DNA of 64,000 nucleotides from Hemiscyllium ocellatum. Its lineage: Eukaryota. Each line of letters opens with the position of its first letter. The stretch's first letter is position 1. The translations under genes were made by a program, and so were the position numbers. The stretch is from positions 139,604,527 to 139,668,526 of the forward strand of contig NC_083402.1 of assembly GCF_020745735.1 (NCBI RefSeq), given 5' to 3'. Under the pieces are notes generated by a model. It was not told where the DNA came from. It saw only the letters and a program-made list of their open reading frames with translations, and made no database searches. Shown here one piece after another: positions 37,966-51,675 of the stretch.

Positions 37966-39946
37966 ATACATATATGAACAGATTCAAGAGCAGATTCTTC
38001 CCCACTATTATCAGACTTTTGAACGGATGTCTCAAATGTTAATTCTGATCTCTCTCTCGCTCTCTCTCTGCACCTTCTCTGCAGCAGTAACACTGTATTC
38101 TGCATTCTGTTCTGGTACCCTAATGCAATTTGTATGGTACGATCTGCCCATATAGAACACAAAACAACACTTCTCACTGTGTCACGGTACATGTGACAAC
38201 AGTATAAGTAAATCAAATCAATATATGTATTCATATAAAATTGCCTGGGTCAGAGGTTGAGAACACTATTAAAAAAAAGCCTATTTCACTGATTCATGAT
38301 ATTTCAAAAAAGAAAAATGAGTTTCAACAGATCAATTATTCTCAATGAAGGAAATTCATGAGATTAAAGGTCCTTCAGAGATTATAATGAAGCAAACACA
38401 TGTTTCATCAGGAAAGATACCATCTGAAAAGGGAACCCAAGACAAAAAAGTTGCCCTATTTTAAATGGACTTGCAGACCTCACAAGAACAGAATCAAGAG
38501 CAACAGTCCTCAAGTCAATCACCCACCAATCTTCCAAAGAGAATGCATTCTGGAATATTAGTGTAACTCTAGACCGTCCAGATTTGTGAAATCAGAGACT
38601 TAGGTTAGATGAGGTAATGGTAAATCTAATTATGTACATGAATGTATCAATGTCAATAGTGAGGCAAAAAGCTTGGAGAAAGATAATGTTTTGTAAGGTG
38701 TTTGGTTCCAAAAAGATTAATACTGCATTAAGTTCCACTCAATACAATGATGTCACAAGGATTTAGGTGGGAGAATATTCTAGTATCTTGAAACAGCTGA
38801 ATTTGTTATTCCAGGGATCCTCATAGTCTTAATAAAATGTATATCATATCAATGTAATGTGTACCTGATCTCTATCATACATCAAACTACATCTTACTTA
38901 AGACAAGAGCCTCTTCACGCGAGATGAGTAGCTTTCTTCTACCACACTAAACAAAGCAGACCCTACAGATCCTTATCAGGAAAGACAATGGTGACAGCAG
39001 TCTACCAGATATATCTTTTACCAAATGAGCTGTGGTGAGGATCCATCGTGTAACATAGTTGCAGATGTGATCAATGTTGTTTTAATCAGCTGCACCATTA
39101 CTGTAGGGTGGGGGGTGTGGTAAGAGCTGGGATTGGAAGTAGAGAATTACTGGCCAATATATTAGTATTAATTCCTGTCAAAAAATACAAATTACTGGTT
39201 TCAGGTTGCAGTAGATTCAGAGCTCAACACTATTTCGTATTTCAAATTCTATATTTCAAATAAATTGAAACTGAAAGATTATTTAAATATGAGTTGGTTA
39301 AAACATACTAAGAATTAATGCATCTTAGACTTTCATGTTCACATAAACTCAGACAAATTAATAAGTTCAATTTTTCTTTTCTCCTGGAGTTTTTGTATCT
39401 GGAAATTATAAAAGACATACAAATTTAGTGGTTGATTGTGTGGATGTCTCTGTAGGAACTATTTTAGTGCAGTTTGTTAAATTGTGTTTATTTTTGGTGA
39501 AACGGACTGAGTGACTTTTTATAGAGAGTCAAATAAACACTATTTCTGTCCTCAACTAAACAGTGAACACAGCTTTATTTTCTTGACTATTGGTTTGCAT
39601 TGTTTAATATTTTTATTAAAATCTAACTGCTGGCTCAATCCAACTTTGGCAAGCTTTTTAAAATTCTCTAACGGCTGCTCCTGTGATTTTGCATAACGTA
39701 ACTTGCATCTTCCCTTCTGCCACCTCTCCACATAAAGCACTGTATTATTTCTTCATTGTGAAATAAGCAAATTATATCGGAATCCAGCTATACCAACTTC
39801 AACTTCTCCCTGCAGCCATACAGTTAATTTGCAGACTCTGTTTTGGAGTGAGAACACAAAGGATCTGCAAAATAGCTGGAAAACACAGAATATTTCTTTG
39901 AAGCCCCTTGGCCTAAAACACCCTAACTTAGATACCAACTTAGTGA

Positions 39947-40240
39947 TCAGCACAGTGGTTCAGTGATTAACATTGCTGCCTCACAGCGCCAGCGACCCAG
40001 GTTTGATTCCAGCCCTGGGTGACTGTCTGCATGAATTTCCTCCGAGTGCTCCGGTTTCCTCCCACAAGCGAAAGATGTGCGGGTTAGGTGAGTTGGCCAT
40101 GCTAAATTGCCCATAGTGTTCAGGGATGTGTAGGCTAGGTACATTAGTCAGGGATAAATGTAGAGTAACGGGGAATGATTTGGTGGGGTACTTGTCGGTG
40201 GGCCGAAGGGGTGTTTCCGCACTGGAGAGATTCTATTCTA
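39947..40240 (+). mobile_element. HE1-type SINE
   Basis: Same head, core and tail with internal deletions. Confidence 0.88.
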
Positions 40241-40969
40241 TTATTATTTTCACAATACCAGTAATATTACTTAGATTCAGTCATTATGGGAAACAACCAC
40301 CTAGCTTGTTTGTTTCTGAAAAGTTGTTTAAATACAAATAAAAAGCCAAATATTGGAGATTCAAAAGAGCAACTGAGAATGCTGGGAATGTGTAGAGAGG
40401 ACAAACAGTGAATGCAGTAAGCCTGACTGGTCTACCATCTTCAACCCTCCATAATATTAAATTAATCCAAAACTGTTTTCCCTGTTTTTTTAACTGGCAT
40501 CAAGGCCAACTGACTTATCAGGGCTGGACTTGCTAATCTACAATGGTTCCCAATCCAGCAAGTCATAGAGTCATACAGCATGGAAACAGACCATTTGGTC
40601 CAACCAGTCCATGCTGACCATAATCCCAAACTAAACCAGTCCCACCTGCCCGCGGTTGGCTCATACCCCTCCAAATACTTTTTATTCATGTACTTATCCA
40701 AAAGTCTTTTAAACGTTGTAGCTATACCCGCAGTCACCACTTCCACTGGACGTTTATTACATACACGAACCACTCTCTGCGTAAATAAATTTCCCCTTCT
40801 GTCTTTTTAAAATCTTTCTCATCGCACATTACAAATATGCCCCTAGTCTTGAAATCCACCACCCTTGGGAAAAGACACCTGCCATTCCATAAGACATAGG
40901 AGCAGAAATTAGTCCATTCAGCCCATCCAGGCAGCTCTGGCATTGAATCATGAGATTGAGTGAATCATT

Positions 40970-42340
40970 AGAAGAGTAAAAAAGAAGTAGGAGTATACTT
41001 AAGAGGGAAATCGGAGGGCAAAACGGGGATGAGATAGCTTTGGCAAATAGAATTAAGGAGAATCCAAAGAGTTTTTACAAATACATTAAGGACAAAAGGG
41101 TAACTAGGGAGAGAATAGGGCCCCTCAAAGATCAGTAAGGTGGCCTTTGTGTGGAGCTGCAGAAAATGGGTGAGATACTAAATGAGTATTTTGTATCAAG
41201 GTTTAGCGTGGAAAAGGACATGGAAGATATAGACTGTGGGGAAATAGATGGTGACATCTTGCAGAATTTCCATATTACAGAGGAGGAAGTGCTGGATGTC
41301 TTGAAATAGTTAAAGGTGGATAAATCCCCAGGACCTCATCAAGCGTACCCTAGAACTCTGTGGGAAGCTAGAGAAGTGATTGCTGGGCCTCTTGCTGAGA
41401 TATTTGTATCATCGATAGTCACAGGTGAGGTGTCGAAAGACTGGAGGTTGGCTAACATGGTGCCACTATTTGAGAAAGTTGGTAAGGACAAACCAGGGAA
41501 TATAGACTGGTGAGTCTGACGTCGGTGGGGGCAAGTTGTTGGAGGGAATCCTGAGGGACAGGGTGTACATGTATTTGGAAAGGCAAGTACTGGTTATGGA
41601 TAGTCAACATGGCTTTGTGCATGGGAAATCATGTCTCACAAACTTTATTGAGTTTTTTGAGGAAGTAACAAAGAGGATTGATGAGGGCAGAGCGGTAGAT
41701 GTGATCTATATGGTCTTCACAAGGTTCTCCATGGAAGACTGATTAGCAAGGTTAGATCTCATGGGATACAGGGAGAACTAGCCATTTGGATACAGAACTG
41801 GCTCAAAGGTAGAAGACAGAGGGTGGTGGTGGAGGATTGTTTTTCAGACTGGAGGCCTGTGATCAGTGGAGTGCCACAAGGATCGGTGCAGGGTCCACTA
41901 CTTTTTGTCATTTACATAAATGATTTGGATGCAAGCATAAGAGGTACAGTTAGTAAGTTTCCAGATGACACCAAATATGGAGGTGTAGTGGACAGCGAAG
42001 AGGGTTACCTCAGATTACAATAGGATCTCGACCAGGTGGGCCAATGGGCTGAGAAGTGGCGGTGAAGTTTAATTCAGATAAGTGCAAGGTGCTGCATTTT
42101 GGGAAAGCAAATCTTAGCAGGACTTATACACCTAATGGTAAGGTACTAGGGAGTGTTGCTGAACAAAAAGTCCTTGGAGTGCAGGTTCATACTCCTTGAA
42201 AGTGGAGTCACAAGTAGATAGGATAGTGAAGAAGGCATTTGGTATGCTTTCCTTTATTGGTCAGAGTATTGAGTACAGGTGCTGGGAGGTCATGTTGCGG
42301 TTGTACAGGACATTGGTTCGGCCACTGTTGGAATATTGCC
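40970..42340 (+). mobile_element. CR1/HER1-like LINE internal fragment
   Basis: KSPGP...PRTL, SQHGFVHGKSCLTN and GVPQGSV motifs; highly similar to 43395-44320. Confidence 0.93.
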
Positions 42341-43394
42341 ATTGGAAGAATGTCACTTTTTTGTAAGAACAAACCTATGCAATTTGAATTGCTTGCTATT
42401 AATGTTCTCACCACCTCTTTGCATCCTTCATGCTTTAAGATACATTATAATGGCCCCTCTCCCACTGCAGTTAATTAGAAATGCTTAGAGGTAAAAATCA
42501 CTGAATGAATTAATCTACTTTGTGCAACTAGTTTTTATACTCAGATTCTTGCTGATTCCTGTCGGCGCTGTAAGTACAATCATCATTTTTAGTGGTGCCT
42601 TCAAAGAGCTGTTCTGTAAAGTCACAGTTAAGAATTTTTCTTCCTGACAGAAGCGAATTGGGTCTTGGCAAATCAGAAAATTCCTCAAGTGCTCCCATGA
42701 ATAATTGCCTACTGACTAAGAGGTGTGATCTTTGATCCAGCAATGCTTCTGAACATTGGGAGTTGTACATCCTTCTTATGCCACAACGCTCCTGCGAAAC
42801 GGAAGATTAACAATTTTTCTCATAAAAAAAGTAGAAAGTGTTCGAGAAACTCAGTTAGCCAAATTGCACCTGCAGAAAAGGTTAGTCCCCCAGGATGTCT
42901 CCTTCTATTGGACATGACTTTTACAGAGAAACAGTTTCAAAATTATTTCAGATTGAAAGGTATTCAATTTGACACACTGGGCTGGATTACACACTTGTGG
43001 ACTCCCCGCACCCCAGGATAAATGTCTTGGATAAGCCCACATCTGCTTGGCTGACTCACCCAAATTGTACAGAGTTTTTAGTTAGTTGTCAGCAGGAATG
43101 TCAGCCTCAATTGACCATAAGTGGGAAGCCCAACGCTTTTCCTGTTGTTGATAAAATTTATGGCAGGGCATGTGGAGTGGCATGAGGTGTACCATAAAAT
43201 CTCTTTCTCCCTCCATAGATTACCATTGTCCAGAAACTGAATTGTACCTGCTATACAAGTACTGTGGATACAAAACCAGGTCACAGGATAGTAATTGATC
43301 TCATAACTCTCCAAATTTTGGGTGAAATGGTGACATCACAGAATTGTTCTGATCCAGAAGGAGATCACTTGGCCCACTGTACCAGCACTAGGTG

Positions 43395-44860
43395 TAGATG
43401 CCGGAAGACTGGAGGTTGGCAAACGTGGTGCCACTGTTTAAGAAGGGTGGTAAGGACAAGCCAGGGAACTACAGACCAGTGAGCCTGACCTCGGAGGTGG
43501 GCAAATTGTTGGAGGGAATCCTGAGGGACAGGATGTCCATGTATTTGGAAAGGCAAGAACTGATTCGGGATAGTCAACATGGCTTTGTGCATGGGAAATC
43601 ATGTCTCACAAACTTGATTGAGTTTTTGATGAAGTAACAAAGAAGATTGATGAGGACAGAGCAGTACATGTGATCTGTATGGACTTAAGTAAGGCGTTTG
43701 ACAAGGTTCCCCATGGGAGACTGATTAGCAAGGTTAAATCTCATGGAATACAGGGAGAACTAGCCATTTGGATACAGAACTGGCTCAAAGGTAGAAGACA
43801 GAGAGTGGTGGTGGAGGGTTGTTTTTCAGACTGGAGGCCTGTGACCAGTGGAGTGCCACAAGGATCGGTGCTGGGCCCTCTACTTTTTGTCATTTACATA
43901 AATGATTTGGATGCGAGCATAAGAGGTGCAATTAGTAAGTTTGCAGATGACACCAAATATGGAGGTGTAGTGGACAGCGAAGAGGGTTACCTCAGATTAC
44001 AACAGGATCTCGACCAGATGGGTCAATGGGCTGAGAAGTGGCAGATGGAGTTTAATTCAGATAAATGCGAGGTGCTGCATTTTGGGAAAGCAAATCTTAG
44101 CAGGACGTATACACTTAATGTAAGGTCCTAGGGAGTGTTGCTGTACAAAGAGACTTGGAGTGCAGGTTCATACTCCTTGAAAGTGGAGTCGCAGGTAGAT
44201 AGGATAGTGACAAAGGCATTTGGTATGCTTTCCTTTATTGGTCAGAGTGCTGAGTACAGGAGTTGGGAGGTCATGTTGCAGCTGTACAGGACATTGGTTA
44301 GGCCACTGTTGGAATATTGCGTGCAATTCTGGTCTCCTTCCTATCGGAAAGATGTTGTGAAACTTGAAAGGGTTCAGAAAAGATTTACAAGGATGTTGCC
44401 AGGGTTGGAGGATCTGAGCTACAGGAAGAGCCTGAACAGGCTGGGGCTGTTTTCCCTGGAGCGTCAGAGGCTGAGGGGTGACCTTATAGAGGTTTACCAA
44501 ATTATGAGGGGCATGGATAAGATAAATAGACAAAGTCTTTTCCCTGGGGCCGGGGAGTCCAGAACTAGAGGGCTTAGGTTTAGGGTGAGAGGGAAAAGAT
44601 ATAAAAGAGACCTACAGGGCAATGTTTTCACACAAAGAGTGGTATGTGTATGGAATGAGCTGCCAGAGGAAGTGGTGGAGGGTGGTATAATTGCAAAATT
44701 TAAGAGGCATTTGGATAGGTGTATGAATAGGAAGGGTTTGGAGGGATATGGGCTGGGTGCTGGCAGGTGGGACTAGATTGGGTTGGGATATCTGGTCAGC
44801 GTGGACGGGTTGGACCGAAGGGTCTGTTCCCATGCTGTACATCTCAATGACTCTATGACT
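43395..44860 (+). mobile_element. CR1-clade (HER1-like) LINE, 5'-truncated, young; RT pseudogene
   Basis: PGNYRPVSLTS, GVPQGSVLGPLLF.IYINDL, KFADDTK, RPLLEYC.QFWSP; frameshifts; (ctatga)n tail. Confidence 0.95.
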
Positions 44861-45149
44861 ACCTTGTTAAATGAGCACCATTATCTAGAACCTCAATTAA
44901 ACTTGCCTTCATCACAGTTCCAGGCAATCCATTCTATACCCTAATTATTTGCTGGAATCTTCTCATACGTCGTGCGATAAAGTTCTTTCGAAAATAAAAC
45001 TTATTAATTTAACAACTGCGCTACATTTAAGATCTAATTCTTTAGAGGTACACAGCTATCAATTAAATGCTGCTTGTATTGTATGCCTTTGCCGCCTGTT
45101 GAAGCAACGACACACAATTAGGAACAAAGGTGCCAAGCTACCGATGTCA

Positions 45150-45530
45150 ATCCAAGAGAAGGTTGGTTTCCGCTTCCGAGTGAAAGGTGACAGTTTGTCA
45201 GAGGCCGATGGGGAGGAGGAGGTGGCGCTCGTTACCGGTCTCAGTCACAGCTGAACAAAAGCTGGCGCCTGGCCCAGTGTCGAGCAGTTTTCCGGCTCCG
45301 GGCCAGGTTTCCGGTCGGTTTCCGTTTGTCGCCCGGGAGCGGCGGCGGCGGCGGCGGCAGCAACACGCGGCTCACACGCGCCCGTTGTTTTGTCCCCGAG
45401 CGCGGGAGGAAGAAGCGCGCGCCTCAGGTAAGAGAGAGAGAGAGAGCGCGAGCGGAGCGGGCCGGGCGCATGCGCTGAATGCGGTGAGCGCACAATGAGG
45501 GGGCCGCGAACACCGCGAGGGTGCACGTTA
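45150..45530 (+). promoter_or_regulatory. CpG island promoter and probable non-coding first exon of a + strand gene (candidate ZBTB5 by synteny)
   Basis: Dense CpG, repeated ETS-like TTCCG motifs, (GGC)n tract, donor CAG|GTAAGA at 45428, NRF1 palindrome GCGCATGCGC at 45466-45475. Gene identity is inferred only from recalled human ZBTB5-POLR1E divergent order. Confidence 0.65.
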
Positions 45531-45849
45531 TAAACCCCCTACCCCCCCCCCCCCCCCGACACATCTGGACACCCTCACACTTCTACCCGTCCCCAGCCCC
45601 CGTTCACCTCCAGGGGTTGCATTCCACTCTTCACTAAACAAGGATTCCATGTCCCCTTACTCCCCAGGGTCTCTACCATCCCTTTTTCTCTAGGGTCCCC
45701 AAACCCTGTAATGTGCACCCCCCCCCCTTCACTTCCAGAGAGTCCATTCCCCTGCAACCCCATCTTCACTTAGAGGGTCCTCTCCAGGATCTCCCCCTCC
45801 CCAATCCACCCTTCCCCGTCCCGTTCCCACTCCCCCCTCCCCCCACCTC

Positions 45850-46111
45850 AGTCAGGCAGAAGGTACAAAAGCTTAAACGCATGTGCCAACAGATTCCAGA
45901 ATCGCTTCTACCCCACTGTTATTAGATTTCTGAATGGGCTTCTCAAATTTTTAAATTTAAATGTTGATCTCTCTTTTTGGACTTTTCTGCAGTCGCAACA
46001 TTGTATACTATTACTATACTAATGCACTTTGTATGGTATGATCTGCTTGTACTGCACGCAAAACAAAATTTTTCATTGTAGCTGGGTACGTGACAACAAA
46101 TCAAATCAAAT
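45850..46111 (+). mobile_element. 3' fragment of the same Rex1/Babar-type LINE
   Basis: Matches 37970-38222 including the aaatcaaatcaaa tail. Confidence 0.7.
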
Positions 46112-46371
46112 AATCCTCCCTCCTCAGCGTTTTCTTCATTCAGTTTCCTGTAATCTAGTTGTATAATTCCTGTAGACCCTGCAGAATCCTAGGGAGATGT
46201 CGTGTATCCACCTTCCTGTATGCCAAATTCTGACTTTTAGCCCATCCCTGATTTGATCATTTGACATTTGTCAAATGTGCATTTAACTGCTGACACCCTG
46301 AACTCTGCATCACCTCCCTTACACCTCTGTAGTTGTCCTACTTTAGGACAATGCTTAAAACACATCTCACA

Positions 46372-46590
46372 AGTGAGTTTTGAGAAGATTCACAGCTCAG
46401 GTTGAGGTTCTGGATGTAGATTTGCTCAATGAGCTGGAAGGTTCATGTTCAGACGTTTCATCACCATTCTAGGTAACATCTTCAGTGAGCCTTCAGACGA
46501 AGCATTGCTGATGATCCTGCTTTCTATTTATATTTTGGGTTCTTTGGCTGAACATGAACCTTCCAGCTCAGCGAGCAGACCTACATCCAA
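46372..46590. mobile_element. Short fold-back copy of the Poseidon-type PLE terminus
   Basis: Homologous to both ends of 54411-55832. Confidence 0.82.
46449..46488 (-). ncRNA. Hammerhead motif (second family, stem II base pair weakened)
   Basis: UCA-CUGAAGA-U-GUUACC-UAGAAU-GGUGAU-GAAA-CG-UC-UGA. Confidence 0.6.
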
Positions 46591-48949
46591 CACATTTCAA
46601 TGGTTTAGTAATTCCTTATGTACATTGGTGTCAAACATTTTGTTTGAATGTTTTTGTGAGTGCCTTGGAACGTTTCACTATATTTCAGGGTACTATAGAA
46701 ATGCGGAGTGTTTCCCTCTTTTCCCTTCTCTCCTCACCCCCCCACACATACACACACACGGCATCCCATATACACACTCCCTACGCTATGTTCCAAAGTC
46801 TGTCCAGGATATCCCTGCGCATCAGGAGTATTCCCATTGAGGCAGCAGCCCAGGCATCTCCCGAGTGACTAGTCTCCTCCACTGGCAACCCTGTTAATCT
46901 TTTCTCCATGGTTCACGCTATTGCAATCTGATTGTATGATCTGAATTTATTTCTTGAGAGCTCGGAGGAGCAGCCTCATCTGCCTGAAATTCACGTTCCA
47001 CCTTAAGTATCGGAATGAATTGGTTTCCTTGCTGTGATTTCAATGCGTTGTATCCGGGCAGCGCTGAGTTGGAGCTGTCATTGCAGGCACTGAATCCACA
47101 TCCAGTGAATCCATGCAGAAATAAAGTATTAATGCATCGTTATTAGGCAAATGAATTGGATGCGGGCCATTCACATGGTACATTCGTTTTAACGGTGCAT
47201 TGCAAACTGAGCAGACACTGACAAAGCATTGGTCAGCTATCGGCATCCCTGTCCATTCGATATTGGAGTGGCAACAGCTCCCAGGCTCTTTGGATCGCAG
47301 TTCCTGCAAACAGCCACAGCCAATGCTGGGCAGGCGCGGGTTGGAGACTCAGTGAGATTGTGTGTGAGAGTGGGAGAGATCAGATCAGTGCATTTTCAGG
47401 CTGGTAGGAAAAGGCGTTCGGCATCCTGTGTCTAAACAGCCGAGGAAGCGGGGGCGGGGAAGAGAGGAAGGAAGGAGGCAGTGAGCGAATGCATTGGCCG
47501 ATGGTGTTAATCTTTCATGCACCCGGCTCGCAAATGTAGATTCAGTTACTCTGCTGTCTGCATGGACTGCGCGCAGGATTTCTCGGTGGACCGCCAGTGT
47601 TTTGCATTGTCGAGTGGAATGGTAATGAATGAAGATGCCTGTCCCGCATCTTGTGCATGGGGAAATAAATAGTCCCCTAGTTGGGACGCGATCCGTTTTC
47701 CGAGCAGATTGAACGGTCAGATTGTTCTCTCTGGGTCAGACTACGCCACATACCAGAGTTAATTTAATACATGAGCGAGCAGGAGCAAGGAGTGGTAGCC
47801 CAGGGGTTCACATCCTGATGTAAGTCGGCATAGTGTGAAGCTTAATCAGGTAAGAACTGCCTGAGAGCACTGCCTTGATTCTCCAGTATCCATCTACAGT
47901 ACTAGAAATTGAATTTTATGCAATCGTTTTACTTAGGTTTTTTTGGAAGATTTTTGACGTTGGTGGACTGATGTAATTACAGTGAGTTCATAACGAAGGT
48001 ATTGCTCTGGATATTTTGATTAATGTTTAAATGTGTTTTGGAAAATCCTTCAGAAGAGTATGTAATGGTAAATCCAAACTGATCGAAATAGCATTGTGCG
48101 TGGAGCCCTCAGAAACCACTGTTCCGTCTGTCATCAATCTCAATGAGAACAAAGATGCATAAGGAGAAATTGAATTAAATGAACACAAGTTTGGTCAGCT
48201 TCTTGTTCTCTCCTTTCCTGTGATTTAATTTTTCCTTTTTTGGAATTGTTTGTAGGCTTATATTTCCCATGAAGCCTCAGTCAGTGACTTCCATCCAATT
48301 TAGTTCAAATTAAACGTGAGAACAAGGAAGCTCTGATTCAATGAAATCAACATGGATCATTGAGCTATGGTTTACTAATTTGGGTAGCATGCTTTTCTTT
48401 GTTTTGAGGATGTGAACATTGGCAAGGCCAGCATTTTTTGGTGATCCCTAAGTGCCCTTCAGAAGATGGTGGTAAGTGCCTTCTTAAACTGCTGCAGAGC
48501 GTGAGATGGAAGTGCATGCACACTGCTATTAAGGAGGGAGTTCCAGAATTTTTCTCAGAGACTGAAGCAATGGTAGCAATTAAAACTCCAAGTCAGGGTA
48601 GTCTGTGGCATGGAGGGAAATGTGCAGATGGTGATGGCATCTGCTACTGTGGACCTTTTTAGATGGTAGAGAAATTGAACCTTCATGAGTAATTGCAGTG
48701 CATGCTGTAGACTGTAGTACAATAGCCACAGTGTGCTGACAGGGGAGAGAGTTGGTGCATGGGGAATTGATTGAGCAGGCTGATTTTGCTTGAATGATAT
48801 CGAACCTCTTAAGTGTATTGGGGCTGCACTAATCCAGAATATGGGGAATGTGTGTCTTTATGATGTTGAAGTCAACTTTAGGCTGTTTGATGAGTTAATT
48901 GCTGCAGAATTCCTAGCCTCTGAACTTTTTAGGTCACTATTTTTAAAAT

Positions 48950-49615
48950 TTTCCTTGAAAGCGGAATCACAGGTGGATAAGATAGTGAAGAAGGCGTTTG
49001 GTATGCTTTCCTTTATTGGTCAAGAGTATTGGGTACAGGAGTTGGAGCAGTACAGGACATTGGTTCGGCCACTGTTGGAACACTGCTTGCAGTTCTGGTC
49101 TCTTTCCTATCGGAAAGATGCTGTGAAACTTGAAAGGGTGAAGAAAAGATTTGCAAGGATGTTGCGAGGGTTGGTGGATTTGAGTTAAAGGGAGAGATTG
49201 AATAGGCTATTTTCCCTGGAACGTCGGAGGCTGAGGGGTGATCTTATAGAGGTTTATAAAATCATGAGGGGCATGGATAGGATAAATAGTCAAAGTCTTT
49301 TCCCTGGGGTTGGGAGTCCAGAACTAGAGGGCAAAAGTTTAGGGTGAGCGGAAAGATATAAAAGAGACCCGAGGGGCAACTTTTTCGCGCAGAGGATGGT
49401 ATGCGTATGAAATGAGTTGCCAGAGGAAGTGGTGGAGGCTGGTACAATTGCAACATTTAAGAAGCATTTGGATGGGTATATGAATAGGAAGGGTTTGGAG
49501 GGAATATGGGCCAGGTGCTGGCAGGTGGGACTAGATTGGCTTGGGATATCTGGTCGGCACAGACATGTTGGACCGAAGGGTCTGTTTCCATGCTGTACAT
49601 CTCTATGAATCTACG
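48950..49615 (+). mobile_element. CR1/HER1-like 3' fragment
   Basis: Homologous to 44170-44860. Confidence 0.9.
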
Positions 49616-51675
49616 AATGTGGATGTTGCTGAATGAGCATCATTCATTCCCCATCCCTCGAAGGTGTTGATAAACTGCCTTCTTGTACTGTTGCAATCCA
49701 CATTACTGTAGGTAGATCCACAGTTGTGTTAGGGAAGGAATTTCCAGAATTTTGACCCAGTGATGGTGATACAGTGGTGACATATTTACCAGTCAAGATG
49801 GTGATTGGTTTCAAGGGGAACTTGCAGGTGGTGGTCTTTGCATGTATCTGTGTTCCCATGTAATGACCATTACTGTACCTCTGGGCAAGATTTGATTTTA
49901 AATGGTAATTATTTAATATGAATTCTGCGTCAACAGGTTTGTGTAGACAGCATACCAGAGCTTCATGACCTCAAATCATGAAATGTAAAGCATATTTGAG
50001 TAGGACCTCTCATGTACTGAGTGTTAGTTGTACTGATATGGGGAAGGAATTGGAGGACTGACTCTCAATTGTTCCCATGTACATTCTTGTGTCCAGTGTC
50101 AGCACAGCTTTTAGCTGGCCCTTGAATGTTGTACCATGCAGTAAAACCTAGGGAATGGGAGAAAAGGAATCTTTTCTCATGAAAAAGGGTCTTGTCTGCA
50201 AGAAAGGCCGGATTACACAACATTCATTCATCAATGTGTGCTTATTCTGACCTGTTGGCATTGTGCAGTGCAACAAAAAGCAATCCATGTGTCTTTGTTT
50301 TTGCTCATGCTTTCCTGCATCATTGCATTTTGATCCAGGTTCAAAAGTAGCTGGTGGCTGTTTGATTTTGTTTTCCAAATCTTTGTCTTCATTGGAATTG
50401 ATGAATTTCAAACATGTTAGCCAGGATTACCTCAGGATAAAATTGACTGCTGGTAAAGAAAGAAACCTTTTTCCCTGCTATTAGTTTAGATAAGCGAGAG
50501 TGAATTGACAATGAGCTATCAGTGTCTTATGTTCCAGTTTAGCCCACTCTATTCCTGAAAGTTCTGATCTCTGCTGGGATACTATTCTGAAGTATTAATT
50601 GACCTCCAGTAATTTGCCTGTGTCCAGTCCTTTTGTGAGTCCCACCCCAGGGATGTTGAGGTCTGATATTAACCTAGTTAGTTTTAGCATGATTCATGCT
50701 GGTTGGGATTTGGTTTTGGGGCTGTCAGGTCTCAATGGGTGGTGCATCGGATGTTGTTTACATCCACTGGAATGATTCAGTTTTAAAGTTACTTCCATCT
50801 GCCCATTATGAGTTGAAAATTCACGTGTTTGTGATGTCTACGTTTTGTATGTAATCAGGATCCGGGTATGATAATACAAATGGAATCTTGGAGAAACGTT
50901 GGTGCTTTGACCACCATCGATAGATAAAGAGTGAAGCCAAGCAAAGACAGTGCCAATTGAGCTGGACCATGAGGGAGAATTATTGGGGGAGGTTGACTCA
51001 TAACTAGTGTCAATGTTACAGGGAGGTGATGTGAGAAGATTGGCAAATAAAAGAGGTGGGAAAGATGAGAACAGTCAGTGGGTTGAATGATATTTGAAAC
51101 CTGGTGCTTAGGAAGCAGTACACTATCTTAGAGTTGATAGTTTCAGGAAAAGTTAAGAACAGAGAAAACAGGTGAAAAAATGAACAGGAATTTGACAACT
51201 CTTATAGGACATTTGCTGGAAGAGTTAAATAGACAGTATTTTAAATCTAGAAGGAAAAATCCCCATTGAGTAAGCGTGGTGTGAACAAGTTTTATACTGG
51301 GTTGGCAATTAGACTTGAGAAACATAGGTCGATCTCCTTGGAGCAAAGAAAATTAACTGGAGATTTAGTGAAGTTATTCAAAATTATAAAACATTTGTAG
51401 TAAATGAAGAGTTGGTTCCAGTTGCAGAAGAATCGAAGACCAGAGAATATAAATTTAAGATAATTGGCAAATGAGCCAGAGGCAAAATCAAAGTTTTCTT
51501 TTTATTTTGAGCAGTGAGTTATGATCTGGAATGTATGCAGGTGCTGGAGGTAAATTCAGCAAGAACTTTCAAAACGGACCAAATATATACTTCAACAGGA
51601 TAAATTGCAGGTTTTTTGGGGGAAATGCAAAGGAATGGAATTAATTGGGTAGCTTTTTCAAATCGTTAACAAGAA

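Larger units (their letters stand above)
33980..38222 (+). mobile_element. Rex1/Babar-type LINE relic split by a CR1 copy and a solo LTR
   Basis: RT motifs ..NTG.PQGCVLS.L (to about 34206) resume at about 36591 (NSIYKFA.DTTVVG); aaatcaaatcaa tail at about 38210. Confidence 0.75.

Noticed and set aside
40561-42340. Single twin-primed (5'-inverted) LINE insertion
   Set aside because: The reversed 3' end appears to be a different subfamily, another CR1 tail intervenes, and I found no TSD.
43398-44776. Functional reverse transcriptase gene
   Set aside because: 5'-truncated LINE with frameshifts and stops; no endonuclease domain or promoter.
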